Shown here piece by piece: positions 21,491 to 34,547 of a stretch of 64,000 bases of DNA. The translations under genes were made by a program, and so were the position numbers. Origin of the DNA: Massalongia carnosa (lineage: Eukaryota); NCBI GenBank assembly GCA_965645245.1, contig OZ287085.1, forward strand, positions 1,364,001-1,428,000, in the 5' to 3' direction. The notes beneath the pieces are model-generated. The model was not told where the DNA came from and did no database searches. It saw only the letters and a program-made list of their open reading frames with translations. Within the stretch, counting starts at the first letter, position 1. Each line of letters starts with the position of its first letter.

Positions 21491-22436
21491 TTAATACGTA
21501 GTGTAACTGCTAGCTTGTACGGACCCTGGATGAGTAGTAAAAGGGCTGTTTACTAGTAAAGATTTACACAAGAAGGGGGGGGGGACGGTCGGGGGGGAAC
21601 TGTCCCTAAGCATCTCGAGAACAGTCGGCCTTCGTTTCGTGTGGTGGTGTACCCGGAAATGGACCGTTGTATGAGTGATAGCTAGACTGTAGACAGAACA
21701 GTCGATCACCGTTTCGTATGATGATTCACCCGAAAGTGGACCGTTGAATGATAGAGGAGCGGCCACCTGAATGACCCCTCTCCGCTGTAGTATAAGTGAA
21801 GTCTAGGCTGTAGGCGTGACAGTAGACCTCCATTTTGATTAAATGAAGAGATTTTGATGAGTGAGGTGATAAGTAAATAGGTAGCTGAATAGGTGAGTTT
21901 TCGACGTTCGATCGGCTTCTTTATCCACTCAAATACGATCGTTTATTCTCATCTCTTAATTGTATATGCTCCTTTCTGTTCTTCCTTTGCGCTCTCTTCT
22001 TTGGTCCACTTCTAGGACTTCGATGACTGGGGTGACAGGTGACAAGATGACCAAAGAGACAGCTTTATGGGCTCGGAGAAGGTTCTCGGATCCACTCGTC
22101 AGGATGACTTAGGACGCTATTTTGTCGTCCGAGTCCTTATTACCCCCCATAACGTCGTTAATTCAGCACCTGAATTGCCCGCCCTATGCGCCGTTTGATC
22201 CTTAAGAGCAGATATTGGCCTCTACCCCCCGAAGGGAGCAGAGTTACTAGCCAGCACCACGTAGAGATTTCTGCTCGTCGCTGGCCTCTATGCAGAAAAA
22301 TCATCTGTATTCCTTCATGTACGCGTCAAAAACGACCAAAACTGTTGAAATAGGTATATGACTATGGCTATATAATGGTCAATCATATGGCCGAACTATA
22401 GTTAACCGTAACAATATCTCTTGTCCTTTTGAAGAT

Positions 22437-23140
22437 ATGGCAGTTCCGATGAAAGTATGTCCTAAAGGGGTCAACAAGCTTTTTCTGATATTCGTCTCCT
22501 CCAGGCTAGATCTTCCTCCCTATTATCGGCCATTTTCCGTCCTCAATCGACCGCCCCGAAACTACCCAGGCCACTTTAGGGTTAGCGCGCTCGCCTTGAG
22601 CTCTGCAATTATTTCCCTCCTCGATCCACGGCAAGAAGGTCAGTCCTAGAAACTAATTGCTTGACTCTATCCGTCCCTTAACCAATCTGATACATCCGTC
22701 TTAGACCTTATCGCCGCTCTTGACGAAGCAACCGCCCAACCCTACTTCATCTACCGCCTCCACGACGCTATGCTCCTCTCTCCCACTGGCAGACGTATCC
22801 TTCATGATCGTCCCCATATAAGCTCACAAACCTTATCACTATCATTCCTCCGGAGCCTTCCAGTTAACTCATTGAGCAATTCCTACGCTGCCTGGATGAA
22901 CCTTGAGGGCATCACCCCGATACACGCAGCTAGGTACGGTACATCGACGACGACGAGGAGTGCGCATGTGTGATGAAGAGGTACCGCGAGTGCCATGACT
23001 TCTACCACACGCTTACCGGGCTATCAGTGATAAGGGAGGGCGAAGTTGCGCTAAAGGCATTTGAATTTGCGAATACGCATTTGTCGATGACAGGGCTGAG
23101 CATAGTTGCTGTTATGACGCTGAAGAAGGCAGAGAAACTC
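22437..23140 (+). pseudogene. COQ4: COQ4 (ubiquinone biosynthesis) truncated, frameshifted copy
   Basis: [55 protein letters not shown] (HDxxH) and [14 protein letters not shown]. Retains an intron at about 22638-22704, has a frameshift near 22920 and lacks the C-terminus. Confidence 0.88.
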
Positions 23141-23649
23141 GAACTTTCCAAGTGGCCAAGGATGCGGTAACGTGTACTTTCCCTATGTGCAACGCAAGCG
23201 CCCAGATAGCAATCCTGCATATTTTGTGAAAGACTCCTCACCCTCGTGATTGCGTGCTCTTTCCATCTTCCTGGTAATTCCGATGCCGCCGGGAGAGTGA
23301 GAACTAGATCATTCCGCGCGATGGTAAGCAATTCTTCGTCTTGCTCATGCATGTCAAACGCTTGCAAAGTATATTGCAGGTGAGGTAAATACAATATTCC
23401 TGTATCTCGAGATCTAATCCACGGCGATCAGTAAGAATCAGAAAAGCTTAGGTTACATTCAACGAACTCAGAATCCAGATATCGTCGTGGAAAGCCATGG
23501 GACACTAGTAGAAGCGTTTGACGTCTCCAGAAGGATCTGACTGTGGGAGGCAAGTTTTCATATACTCGAGTCTTGACTTGGTCATCCACAGCGTAGGTTG
23601 TTGGCCCTGTCGTACGTGGTTCCGTCCGGATTGCAGATGCAGCAAGAAG

Positions 23650-24775
23650 ACTGATAAACGACCACCAGAAGCAGATCTTCTCGGATTAGCACGCGAGAGA
23701 GGAGTAAAGGGAGTCGCCAAACTATTTGGTCACCGCTGCATCACCAATATCCCGGACATGCGCGAAGGATTGACTTTTACGAAGATGCATAACTTTCGAA
23801 ACACCACGTTCAGTACGTCGTCCTCATTTTCGCAGTCTCAACCACAGAACCTCCTTTGTCAATCGTTCAGTCAGCTTCATGGTCTGAGCATCGCTGATGG
23901 TTCGCCAAGAAAACGAAAGTCTGTAGATGCGGGAGGGAGGTCGTCCAAAAGATCAAGGTCCAACAGCTAGAGATCCGATATGATGAAGCAGGAAAAGGAG
24001 GTAACAAAGACCGTGGAAGATACCCAGACAGCGAGTCTATATGGCCCCAATGAGAGTTCATTCGACAACCGCATCTTTCGCTGCTTGGTAATCTCCCCGG
24101 CCGGCCGGGGTATCCGTGATTTTCAGTCAACCAAAGAGCTTTTAGAGGCACTTCGCGATGCAATCAAGGCGCATAGATCCTTATACCTTGTGGGCAATAT
24201 TCTTCATAGGGACATCTCGGAGAACAATATCATAATAACAGATCCAAAGAAAGCTGATGGCTTTACGGGCATGCTGATCGTCTTAGACCTTGCCAAGGAG
24301 ATGAATAACGGGCGAAGCGGCGCACGGCATCAGACAGGCACTATGGAGTTTATGGCGATTCAAGTGCTACGCAATGTTTCTCACACCTATCGACATGACC
24401 TTGAGTCATTCTTCTACGTACTTCTGTGGATCTGCTGTCGTCGTGCATGGGACACGTTTGGGTCTTCGCTGGAAGAGCGACCCAAGCATAGTCGATTAAC
24501 GAAGTGGTATACCGGCAGCTATGATGATATTGCGGACGCAAAAGAACACCACATGGGTGTTAGTGGGTTCAAAGCCATTTTGGAGGAATTTCCACAGCCA
24601 CTCCACTGTGTCAAGCCTTTATGTAGAGAGATACGAGGAATACTATTTCCTCTCATCAAGGAGGGAGAGCTGGACACCGGGACTCAATCGGATCCAGAGA
24701 AATTATACTAGCCGATCGTGAAGGTCTTTGATAAGGCCATAGCTGACTTAGCTAGTACTGAAGGGGGTTCGGGAT
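23650..24775 (+). pseudogene. Fungal-type protein kinase (FunK1/Pkinase_fungal) fragment
   Basis: DKRPPEADLL, GVAKLFGH, ILHRDISENNI, TGTMEFMAI and YRHDLESFFYV. N-lobe missing, in-frame stops at 23968 and 24709, and IDLD reads IVLD. Confidence 0.85.
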
Positions 24776-25495
24776 AGGTCACGTATTCGCTTTACTGTGT
24801 CTTAACAAACAACTCTTTATATCCGTAAAACAAAGAGGTAAAGCCAGCTTTAATAAGAGATCCTATTACCACCGAGCCTATCAACTCCCCCTTTGATCGC
24901 CCAATCTCTTCCAGTGTCGCACTATCCCGTGATCCAGTTAGGCACACTATTTGTGAAGGTAATCGTGGAGCAGCAGCGACCGTCCATCCCTCTCACATCA
25001 TCCCCGTCACTCCACCTCTTCTCGAGCAGCCTCAGGACCAAGAAGGTTCATTTAGGGTTTAATCTTTGAGGCGATAGGGCAAGGGTCCCTGTAGGCTTTA
25101 ATATACAATTCGTCAGAAGCCCGCGACCACTAGTATTCAAGATCGGCGCATCGTCTCATTTGTCCAGATGCTTTGATAACGGGCAGCACAGAACGGGAAG
25201 AAGAGATTACAAAGACATATGCGACAGTAAGCTCCACCCGAATAATACAAAATTAGCTATCAGATGATCAACATGTTTAATCACCCTTTAAGATTTGACG
25301 CGCATCCTTGCTAGAACACTTAGCAAAAGTAGGATATTAAAGAATTCCAACTGAGAGAGAAACGTCCAGGCCATCCTGACGCGATGGCACCTTCTACGTC
25401 TCTGGCCGACACAAGTTCTTTGAGATCCATGGCTAGAGGTCGTTCCTAGGGCTCAATTGCATACGGAGCGACAGCGGCAAAAATCTCCTGTAGTG

Positions 25496-26941
25496 CTACG
25501 GGCCCACGCAGCTCATACTCTCGGCGATAAGCGAAAAAAATGGCAGACATGGCCCTCGATTCGAAGCTTCACGGGATGCTGCATAATTGGCCTCAAGTTG
25601 AAGGAGCCGGCACATGTCTGGAGGGATGATCCGCTTGAAACCCGCCGCGGAAAGGCCCTGAAGGAAAGCTTGAAGAGAATAGAAATTCTTCAAAGCATGG
25701 AGATGCTGTATTTGTCATATTTAATAATGCAAGAGAACACCATGGATCGTATTTACCTACCTTAGCAACCTCCAGCGCTTTCTTGGCAAAACGCTGATCG
25801 ACGAGGGCACCTTCGTGTACAGCTAAGCTTCTTTCATTCCATTCACGACTAAGATAGCGACAGGTCTCGTCGGTATCTATAATATTCTGGAGATTTAGAT
25901 TGCGGAAATTGGTCAAGTCCAAGTCAGTAATCAATTCAGCTAGTTCCCGAGGAGATCTCTCCACCAGGGACTCAAAGAACCGGGTGTCTGTCCGGAAAAT
26001 TTCCACCGAAGCCGTGTGCGTCTCATCTGCATAAGAGAGTTGGTAGCGCACGGCGAGCACGGCAAGCTGTATTGATTTTTCCTCGAGTGATCGGTCTTGA
26101 CTTTGAAGGATCTTCCGGAGTGGTGCGACAATAAATTCGAGAGTGAGGGAGAGTTCGGAGTATGCGGTCGAGCTATCCAACGATCGAGACCAGGACGATG
26201 ACGCTCGCTTCTGCTGTTTCAACCGCATGAAGTGAAGCTGTAGGCCTAAGGAAAATGCCCGATGCGCGAAAGGACTCTGGCTGCTTAATGCCTGTTAGTG
26301 AAGTCAGCAGGTGAGCCAAGGAGGTGGAAAGTCAAGCTTACATGACTAGCTATACAGTACCTTTGTAACTGGCGGGGATACATATGCAGATATGAAGATA
26401 CCACTGTCGGTAACACATGCGAGTGATAGTGGAGGAAATCTTCCACCGAAGTTGCGGAATGACCAATTGTGTACTGCACCAATTCTTCAAAGCGGATTTG
26501 GTAGAATCTCCGCCAGCTCTGCTGGTTGCCGATGGCCGCGAGACCGTCAGGCGTCTGATCCACCGTCTGACGTGGTCCAAAAATGGGGTGCCATGTTGGA
26601 GAATTGACGTAATATGACGATTTAAGTCGATCCAGCATTTGGTCCTTGCTTAATGCAGCGAGGGCCTGCCGATCTTCAACTCCCGCTAACACGAGCATTG
26701 TCACAAGAACGGAAACCCTACGATGGCGCAAAACAGAATGAAGCAAACTTTCGTCCGGGTATGGCCAGAATCGTAGGAGCAGAAGTATGGCGGAGAAGTC
26801 TTGGCCCCGGAGGATTCTCTCTCCCTCTTCACTTCGAGGATACAGATTCGTTGATTCCACTGTCTCGTCGGATGGTGATTTGATGAGGCGGGAGAGCCTT
26901 GAAGCGTGGATGAGGGCGCGAGAGAGGATGGGCGTGTCCAT
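25496..26941 (-). CDS. RasGEF (CDC25)-domain-like hypothetical protein; exons 26941-26342, 26291-25761, 25705-~25496
   Basis: Introns 26292-26341 and 25706-25760 are canonical and phase 0. Motifs SPRELAELITDLD, EWNERS, LHALKNFYSLQAFLQGL and GPCLPFF recall CDC25 conserved regions. The 3' end is uncertain because of a possible homopolymer frameshift near 25535. Confidence 0.6.
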
Positions 26942-27775
26942 GATGACATAGCAGCCGCTGTGAGCATAGTGAAGCAGTAGGAGACGATGAACATGTCTAT
27001 GGTGGCGTGGAGGGTGGTGGGAGGATTGAGGAGGGATGTCTGCTAGCAGAAAGAAGGGACACAATGCGCAATCGAGAAATTGATTGCAGGTTCGACAAGT
27101 TCAAGGTCCCAACAAAAAGAAGATGGATACGACTACAACCAGAGGATGAATTCAAGTAAAGACGAGTCAGGAAAAGTCTTGTTCGCCTGCCTCGGTGCTC
27201 AAAGACTTTTTTTGGAATAGCAAAAAAGAGAAGTAGTGTTCGGCACATTGAAAGGTCCTGTGCCATATATACCTTACCTTGAACCGTTGAGTGTGGATGA
27301 GGAACGCTGTAATGCGGTTATCTTCAATATGGCTTGAAGTCCGCTCTGCGGTAGTGACTAAAGTTAGACGAACTGGACGATCACTGTTCATTATCATTTT
27401 CTTTCGAGCTAATGGGCCTAACTTGACATGAACCGAGCCTAGTGGTCCGCAAGGCCCTGCATTGAACTTGGACAATTCCTGAATCAGGAGCTGTAAAACT
27501 TGAACACCTCCTGATCCAGGAAATGTATGCACTCCCGGACCCCCTGAGCTGATCGAAGAGATTAAGATCTGAGCGTGGCAAATTCCTTGTGCGAGGTACA
27601 CTTTCCGTATTTCGCACCAGGATTCTGTAAGTTTCAAAACGCTTAACGCCATCCCTTGTAGGAGCTGCGTGGCTTGTTTCCTCCCTCTCTTCACTCTGCC
27701 TTTTCTCTTCTTCTCTCATCCTCTCTCGTCTTATCCTCCCACCCCCCTAAAAATATATCAAGCTGTATGGGCTAA

Positions 27776-30700
27776 TGTGGAATATGGGTAAAAAGGAGTG
27801 GTGTGTATTGATCTATGGGAGGTCTAGGCTAGCTAACTGAGGGATATGTCATAGGGGTTCGTGGGTCATGTGACCCCTAATCGCCTGACACACCCCCCCA
27901 GCTTTGACCAAAGCTGCCATGACCGAAAAACCTATACTAGTTCATGTGACCTCGTATTGCTTCTATTTCTAAGGTTGGCGGAAACACAGCGATCTGCACC
28001 TCGCTGGCGCCGTCACTCTCGCCGGCGCCTCTACCTAGCGCCCCCTTTCGGGCCTTGGTGCAGATCGCGGTGGATACTCCCTCTACCTCTGCGGCTGAGA
28101 CCTGGAGTGGGTGGGCGGGTCAAAAACTACTATGCAGTGCTACCTCCGAATCCGAGATGATGAGGAGATGTAGGACTGCTTTGGCCCTCTATATAGCCTC
28201 CATCTCCCCCCTGTCATCCATCCATCCCTATCCGATCCCCCGTCGTTATCCGAACCAGCTCCTGGCGGATAACCGTGCAAAACCGAAGAGGTCCGGATTT
28301 TGCATCACCTGTTGTCCCCGTCATGCGTGGAGAACCGCTGGTAGCCGATCCGCTGGTGGCCGAATCCGCTGGTAGCCGAATCCGCTGGTAGCCGAATAGC
28401 ATCGGTCCCGCACTAGCTCTCGCCATAGACGAACTAGTTAGGTGAAAATTTCCATGTTTTACCTTGATTTCTAGTGATTTTGGCCGTTTCAATTTGTGGC
28501 CGTATTTCCCTTCTTCTGATTGGCCAATTTCTTCTGATTGTTGACCAGGTCCATGGCATTGACTAGCCCTAATAGCTTGACGAAATGTTGATGCTTTTGA
28601 GGAGGTAGGATCTTGGTTAAACCATCTGCGACCATCTGATTGGTCGGCACATAGTCAACACATAATTCCCCCCTTTGCACAGATTGCCTAAGCCAGCATT
28701 GGGCGACGTCCATATGCCTCAATTTAGTGTCAGTTTTTCCCATTTCGGAGGTTAAAATGCGAATTGTCTGTAGGTTATCGTTATAGATAACTATATCTTG
28801 ATCTGGGTTAAATTGTAGCTTTTCAAATAGATGTATCCACCATATGAGCTCTTTACCCGCATGAAGCATAGACAATAACTCGGCCTCAGTGGTTGACGCG
28901 GTCACGGTCAGTTGCTTCCTAGCGGCCCAGGCAATCATCCCACCAAATAGCTTGAATGTATAGCCCTCGGAGCTTTTCCTATCTGGGTTATTTGCATAGG
29001 ATGCACCAGCCGTTGCCTCAAAAACCTGCTTATTAGCCGGGACCGGTCCATGATTTGCCATAGTATTGATTTCACCGCCCCCTTTGGCCGAGTACTGGAT
29101 TCCCAGATATTTCGTCCCATATAGATAACGTAGGCAATGGTCTGCAGCCCTCATATGACTAGGTCCCGGGTTGGTCAGATATTCAGCTAATTTTGAAGCT
29201 GAATTTGCTATATCTGGCCGAGTCATACTAGCTGGGTAGCATATTGATCCAACTTTCTTCCTATATAGATGCATTCTGGCCGGATCCACCTCTCCCTCAT
29301 ATGGCTCCAGTTCTTCATTGAATATGGGCGTTAGAGGTGTTTTAGCCTCCGACTTTTCATCTATGTCATATTCCTTGGCTAATTTGTTCATATAGGAGTC
29401 CTGAATCAAGTGGATCGTCTTTTCTTCTATGTTATGAATAACCCGTACGCCTAGAAAATAGGTTAATGGACCCATATCCCGTATTTCGATCATCTTCATG
29501 AAACGTTGCACATATTCCTCGACTTCGGCTTCTTTTTCGGGCCGATACGCCATCACTATGTCGTCCACATAGAAGAATAGTATGATTCCCTCCATATAGA
29601 ATAGGCATGGTTCGCCTGGCACCTGTTTTAACCCTAGTTCTATGCATTTGCCTATTAGCATTCGTAGCCATAGAAAGGGTGATTTTCTTTGGCCATATAG
29701 CGCTTTTTTCACTTTTAGCACCTTCTTTCTAAGCTTAAAAGCATCAGGCAAAAAGCAGTAAATAGGCTCGTCATTGTGAGCGTTTAGAAAGGCGTTAATA
29801 GCGTCCAACTGCCTCGTTTTCAGCCAGAATGCAGCAACTAATGCCATTAATGCCCTAAACACCTTGAAGGCTAGTGTAGCTGCATAAACATCTTGAGCAT
29901 TATCTTGCTGTAGGTCACTCTAACCACTAGACGTGCTTTGAACTTTGCCAAATAGCCGTCCGAATCAGTCTTATAGGTGAAAACCCATTTGAGGGGCAAT
30001 ATTGGCTGTATAGCCTCATCTTGATCAACTATTTCCCATGTTTCTTTGTGGAAAAGTGCCTCCCATTCAACGTTAGCTGCTTTCATGAACTCATCTGCAT
30101 AGGGATGCCTTAGCAGAGCTCGCCAATGAGATGGGGGGTCGGGCAAATCATCGGTTCGGAGCTGATTAGTCATTCTCGCCGTCCCCGCCATAAACGCTGT
30201 ATGAAATTGAGGGAATTTCGACATTTCTTCTGCTGACCAAGCTCCATTTGCAGCGTATCTAGGGTTTGGTTTCCTAGTACGTTTTCCCTCTATAACGTTT
30301 GCCTCATTTATCCCATCGCTCCTTTTTCCTGATGATTGCTCTATTTCCGTCACATTGAGGGGCGTTCGGCCCGTTTGCGGGAGTTGTGGAGGGTCAATTG
30401 TTGATGCCCTCACCTTTTTGGCCCTTCTTTTATCTATGGAGACATTAGGGCTGATATCTGGTTCAGGTGTTTCTATCGGCGTTTCCAGTTGCATGGGCGT
30501 TGATGAGGGAGTTATTTTCTCCTGTATTTCGTCCTGACTAGGTGAGTTATCTTCTATAGTCAATTGCTCTATACGCTTATTGACTGATAAGTCTAGCCAT
30601 TCTTCTTCCTCACTATCTATCTCCTGAAATGCGGGGCGTGGTTCAACTACATGAAACTCTATAAAGCTCGCTTTCTCAGTCTCCTTTAGCAATAGCTCCT

Positions 30701-31240
30701 TATTCGACGTATAGGCGCTATAAAGCTCATCTTCGTTGAGTATGACGTCTCTATAACCGCTGACATCTCCCTTTTCTGGATTCCATATCCTGAAGATATT
30801 GGTTGAATCATAGCCAACCAAATAGCCAACAAATGCCCTAGGTTTCAACTTATTGCTTTGGGAGGAGCATCGGCCCCTTTTAGCAATGGATACGCCTTGC
30901 AACCAAACACTTTTAGATGAGCCAGCTCGTATCTGACTGATTGACCCGGATTGGTCAGTTTCTGCAATTTGACCAATGGGGAGTCCCATTCCAGAGCTTT
31001 ATTGGGGGTTCGATTCATTAGATGGGCTGCAGCTAAATAGCACTCCGGATACAGGTCTTCTGGCATTTTTGCATATTCCCTTATGCATCGAGCTTTTTCA
31101 GTTAATAGGGCTCCGAAACGCTCCGAAACGCCATTTTGCTCAGGGGTATTCTTTGCTGACCATGACCATTCTATGCCTTGCTGACTGATCCATGCTTCTA
31201 GGGCTTTTCCTATTGATGTTTCTTGCCCCGTGCGAATCGT
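27776..31240 (-). mobile_element. 5'-truncated degenerate Ty1/Copia element (IN-RT-RNaseH fragments 31240-28489; probable short 3' LTR 27890-27776)
   Basis: TPEQNGVSER, LVGYDSTNIFRIW, KWVFTYK..FKARLVV, FFYVDD and TEAELL..ADGLTK, with frameshifts. A poly-G PPT is followed by TGTCAGG at 27890. Confidence 0.88.
27937..28437. mobile_element. Unclassified 501-bp insertion with CTAGTTC..GAACTAG ends (copy 2), in the Copia 3' UTR
   Basis: Same termini as 15035-15577; sits between the pol stop codon and the PPT; internal ~16-bp tandem repeats (CCGCTGGTAGCCGAAT) at about 28335-28397; flanks show no duplication. Confidence 0.75.
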
Positions 31241-31387
31241 GGTTACCATTGAATTAATGGATGTTAAATAAACAGTTGACGGCATAATGTTGAGATTACT
31301 ACGGAGGTGACTGCTTATAGCAGTCATGGCAGCCTGCAGGGCTGAGCTAGAACTAATGGGGCTAAGCGAGTATTCCAACACCACGCG

Positions 31388-33822
31388 TAGGGCTAGGAAA
31401 AATACGTCAGTTGGGCCAACTGACACGTATTATACGTCACGTGCAAACTTGGACCCTGTCTTTTTGGTATAATATTACTTAAGCATGTCAAATTTATCTT
31501 TCTCATAGATCAATACCTGAAATTACTAGACATTTCTACCTAATTTGAGGTACCTTCCTATTATCTCTATACATACATTGATCATGTCTCGACAATCTGG
31601 ACATTCTGGCGGTCGACCGAAAAATGCATTGGTAGATGAGAATTTCGTTGATGTCATCAGTGAAGGCATGAAATACCCTCAGCATCGTTGTACGCATTGC
31701 GGATATCAGTCTGCCAAAGTTGCTACCAGGGGTCAGCAGCATTTGCAGACATGCAATGCCTTTCAAGAAGTGCAAGAAAGAAGACAGCAAGAGACGTCTT
31801 CTAGGAGCAGCAAATCTTTGATTCAATTGCCCATCACCCCTTTGATTCGTCTCTTAAATCAAGCCCAAGTTGCGCATGCTCATCGCGCTGCTGCAATGTC
31901 CGTCTTTATGACCAATCTTCCGTTTAACCACTTCGAAAATCCCTATGTGATTGCTCATCATCAAGCACTGCATCCTGGATATAAACCTCCACATCATAAG
32001 CTCGTTGGCGGGAAATTATTGGACGACGCCTATGAGACGGTTAAACTGAAAGTAAATCAGCAGTTAGATGCCTGCAGTTATCTCAACTTCTTTACCGACG
32101 AAACGGCCAACATTAAGAAGGAACGGGATATTAATCTCTGTTGTCATGTCCCTTCATCAGCTACCTCTCGAGGGGGGGGGCTTTCATTTAAAAGCAATGG
32201 CCGGCATCGCTGAGACGATGACTGCAGCTGTTCAAGCTGAGTGGATGATAAAAGGCTGTAGAGAAGCGACCAATAATCAGCTCTGGAGAGTCAATTGTAT
32301 AGGAACAGATACTTGCTCTACTATGAAGGCCATGTGGTCTGAAATTCGAAAGTTTCCTGAGATGAGACACGTCTTTTTCGTTCCTTGCGACAGTCACGGT
32401 TTACAGCTTCTTTTGGGAGACATTTTGAAGCTTCCTTTTTTTGCAGACATCATGCAAAAAGCTCAGTCAATAGTGATAGCTTTTCGTGGATCGAATAAAG
32501 AATTGGCCATTCTATGGAATTTTCAGATGAAGGTAAGTAGGAATGAAATTTCAATGCGGCATCAAAACGTCATTGCTAATTTATAACTTTCAATGGCATA
32601 CAATCAACGTCAATCACTGATTCTCAACGTTTGACCAGATGGGGTACGACTGTAGGCCTTTTGAACTCGGTGCTAAAAAGCAAGCAGGCAATTTTGTATT
32701 ATTTTCAGCAAAATGCTCCGGGCATTGATCAGGGCAGAAGTCATCCTTTAGGAACATTCGTCAACGACTTCTCGTTTTGGAAAAAGCGGGCCATCGTACA
32801 GAAAATTCTTGATCCCATACATAAAGCACAATACATGTCCGAGGCCGAGGGGCATAAACTGTACGCGGTGACTGCCAATTGGAACAGGCTTCGATCTCAC
32901 CTATATACAATGGCCAAAGAGGATGAAGATTCTGAGATGGATTTGCATCATATTGCAGAGATAGTTTGGGAAGATCGATATCTCAGTCAAATAACTGAAC
33001 TTCATGTGGTAGCAGCTCTGTTGGTTCCTCAGAATCATAACATTCAGGTGATTGGAGTATCCACGTCGCAGGCATTTTTCTCTATCATGCATAGATTCTT
33101 TGCTGAATATCTGAACGTTGAAGAAGCAAAGTCGGCAATGAAGCAATGGCTTTCTTTTCGAAATCAAGAAGACGGTTTTTATCCTGCCTCCGAATGCTGG
33201 ACTTATCAAACGGATTCGGAGCTGTTTTGCAACTTTTCCAGAAGCTTTGCTTTTGATCTCAGCAACATAGCTAGAAAGGTAATAATGCTGCCTGCTAATT
33301 CGGTGCTGGCAGAAAGAAATTGGTCGGTCATGAATTTGATCATGACCAAAAGTTGGAACTCTCTACATTCCATCAATGTCGATAAACTCATGTTTATTTA
33401 CATGAATGAGCGTACTCTTAATCGGCCAACAGATTTCAAAAGCAAGCTTCAGTTTGCTGGCATCGACATCAATGAGACGGATCTTTGTGAGATGGAGGAT
33501 AGACTAGTGCAAGAAGAGATCTCTTTATCTGATACGTCCATGTCATCATCGAAAAGACCGGCGAGTCAAACGATATTTGGTGATGCGACGAGAGCTTGGA
33601 TAAACACCTAGCTAGTAGAGTAGGAGATACATAAAATTGTACGCAAATTGATAACAAAATAAAGTATCTTTTCCCCACTTTCTATCTTCCCGCTTCTTCC
33701 GCCCCCCCCCCCTCCCCCCCTGTAGCTAATCCCTGTGTCTGTCAGTTGGGCCAACTGACACGTATTAAACACTTCCCGATCGGGTTAGTCAATAAACATG
33801 TTTAATACATATCCTAGCCCTA
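31388..33822 (+). mobile_element. hAT DNA transposon with disrupted transposase (about 31584-33611)
   Basis: 11-bp TIR TAGGGCTAGGA; 8-bp TSD ACCACGCG (31380-87 / 33823-30). BED-like CTHC..HLQTC, FFTDE, TDTCSTM, CDSHGLQL, TRWGT and NSVLAERNWS; frameshift in a G-run near 32172. Confidence 0.95.
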
Positions 33823-34547
33823 ACCACGCGCCACCGTGCGGTTTGAGGGCGCTAACATCCATCTCGCTTCGGCCGGGCGACAGGCTTCCTTCCAGGCCAT
33901 TCTCGACGCCGTCAAACTGTAGGCTTCTTCAATCAGGTCTCGTATGATCGCACATTCGCGCGTCATCTCTTTTCTCTACATTTTAGATTAGATAGATAGC
34001 ATAGTATAAACATCACCTTTAAAAACCCCCAAAAAACCCCCCTACCTACCAACCCGTAAAACCCCCATGCCCGTGCTTTATTTATTCCCACCCCCCTTCT
34101 CTTTCCCCCTCCTTCCTCCTACAACCCCCACCATAAATTCCTATCCCCCCAACCCAACAACCCATCTACGCACGCTAACCTACCCATGAAACTTCCCCGG
34201 GGGCCGCGCACTTCCCTAGCTCCAACTAACCTAACCAAAACCTCCTCCTCCCCGCCCCGCGGGTCTTTCTATTTTTTTTCTTTCTCTTCTTCAAAATCTT
34301 CTACAGGATTCGTTTTCTACAGGGGGATTTAAATTGTTTATGTTTTAATATTTAAGGGTTGGCTGGTTGATTAATTTAATCTATCTCCATTTCTTTCTCT
34401 TAATTAGATGGATTAATGGATGGATGGAGAACTGGATGCTTCAAACGGAAGAAGGTCTATCCTACCCTACATAAACTAGCAGCGACGACGACGACTACTA
34501 CGACGAGGACGAACGATAAGAAGGGCAGCGGAGATTCAGTTCGCTGT

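Larger units (their letters stand above)
13766..21617 (+). mobile_element. Mutator/MULE DNA transposon, internally deleted, carrying nested insertions
   Basis: ~87-bp imperfect TIRs at 13766-13852 and 21527-21617. 9-bp TSD AGAATAGTC (13757-65) / AGAACAGTC (21618-26). Transposase N-terminal relic at 14053-14800 (RLQDYAFTQGFAL..EHNHEIATDPF). Confidence 0.82.

Noticed and set aside
27167..27719. 175-aa minus-strand ORF upstream of the RasGEF-like gene
   Set aside because: No recognisable motif and no convincing splice path to a complete gene.
27937..28437. CTAG element as the 3' LTR of the adjacent Copia
   Set aside because: The Copia's PPT and TG start lie beyond it at 27890, so the element is a separate insertion in the 3' UTR.
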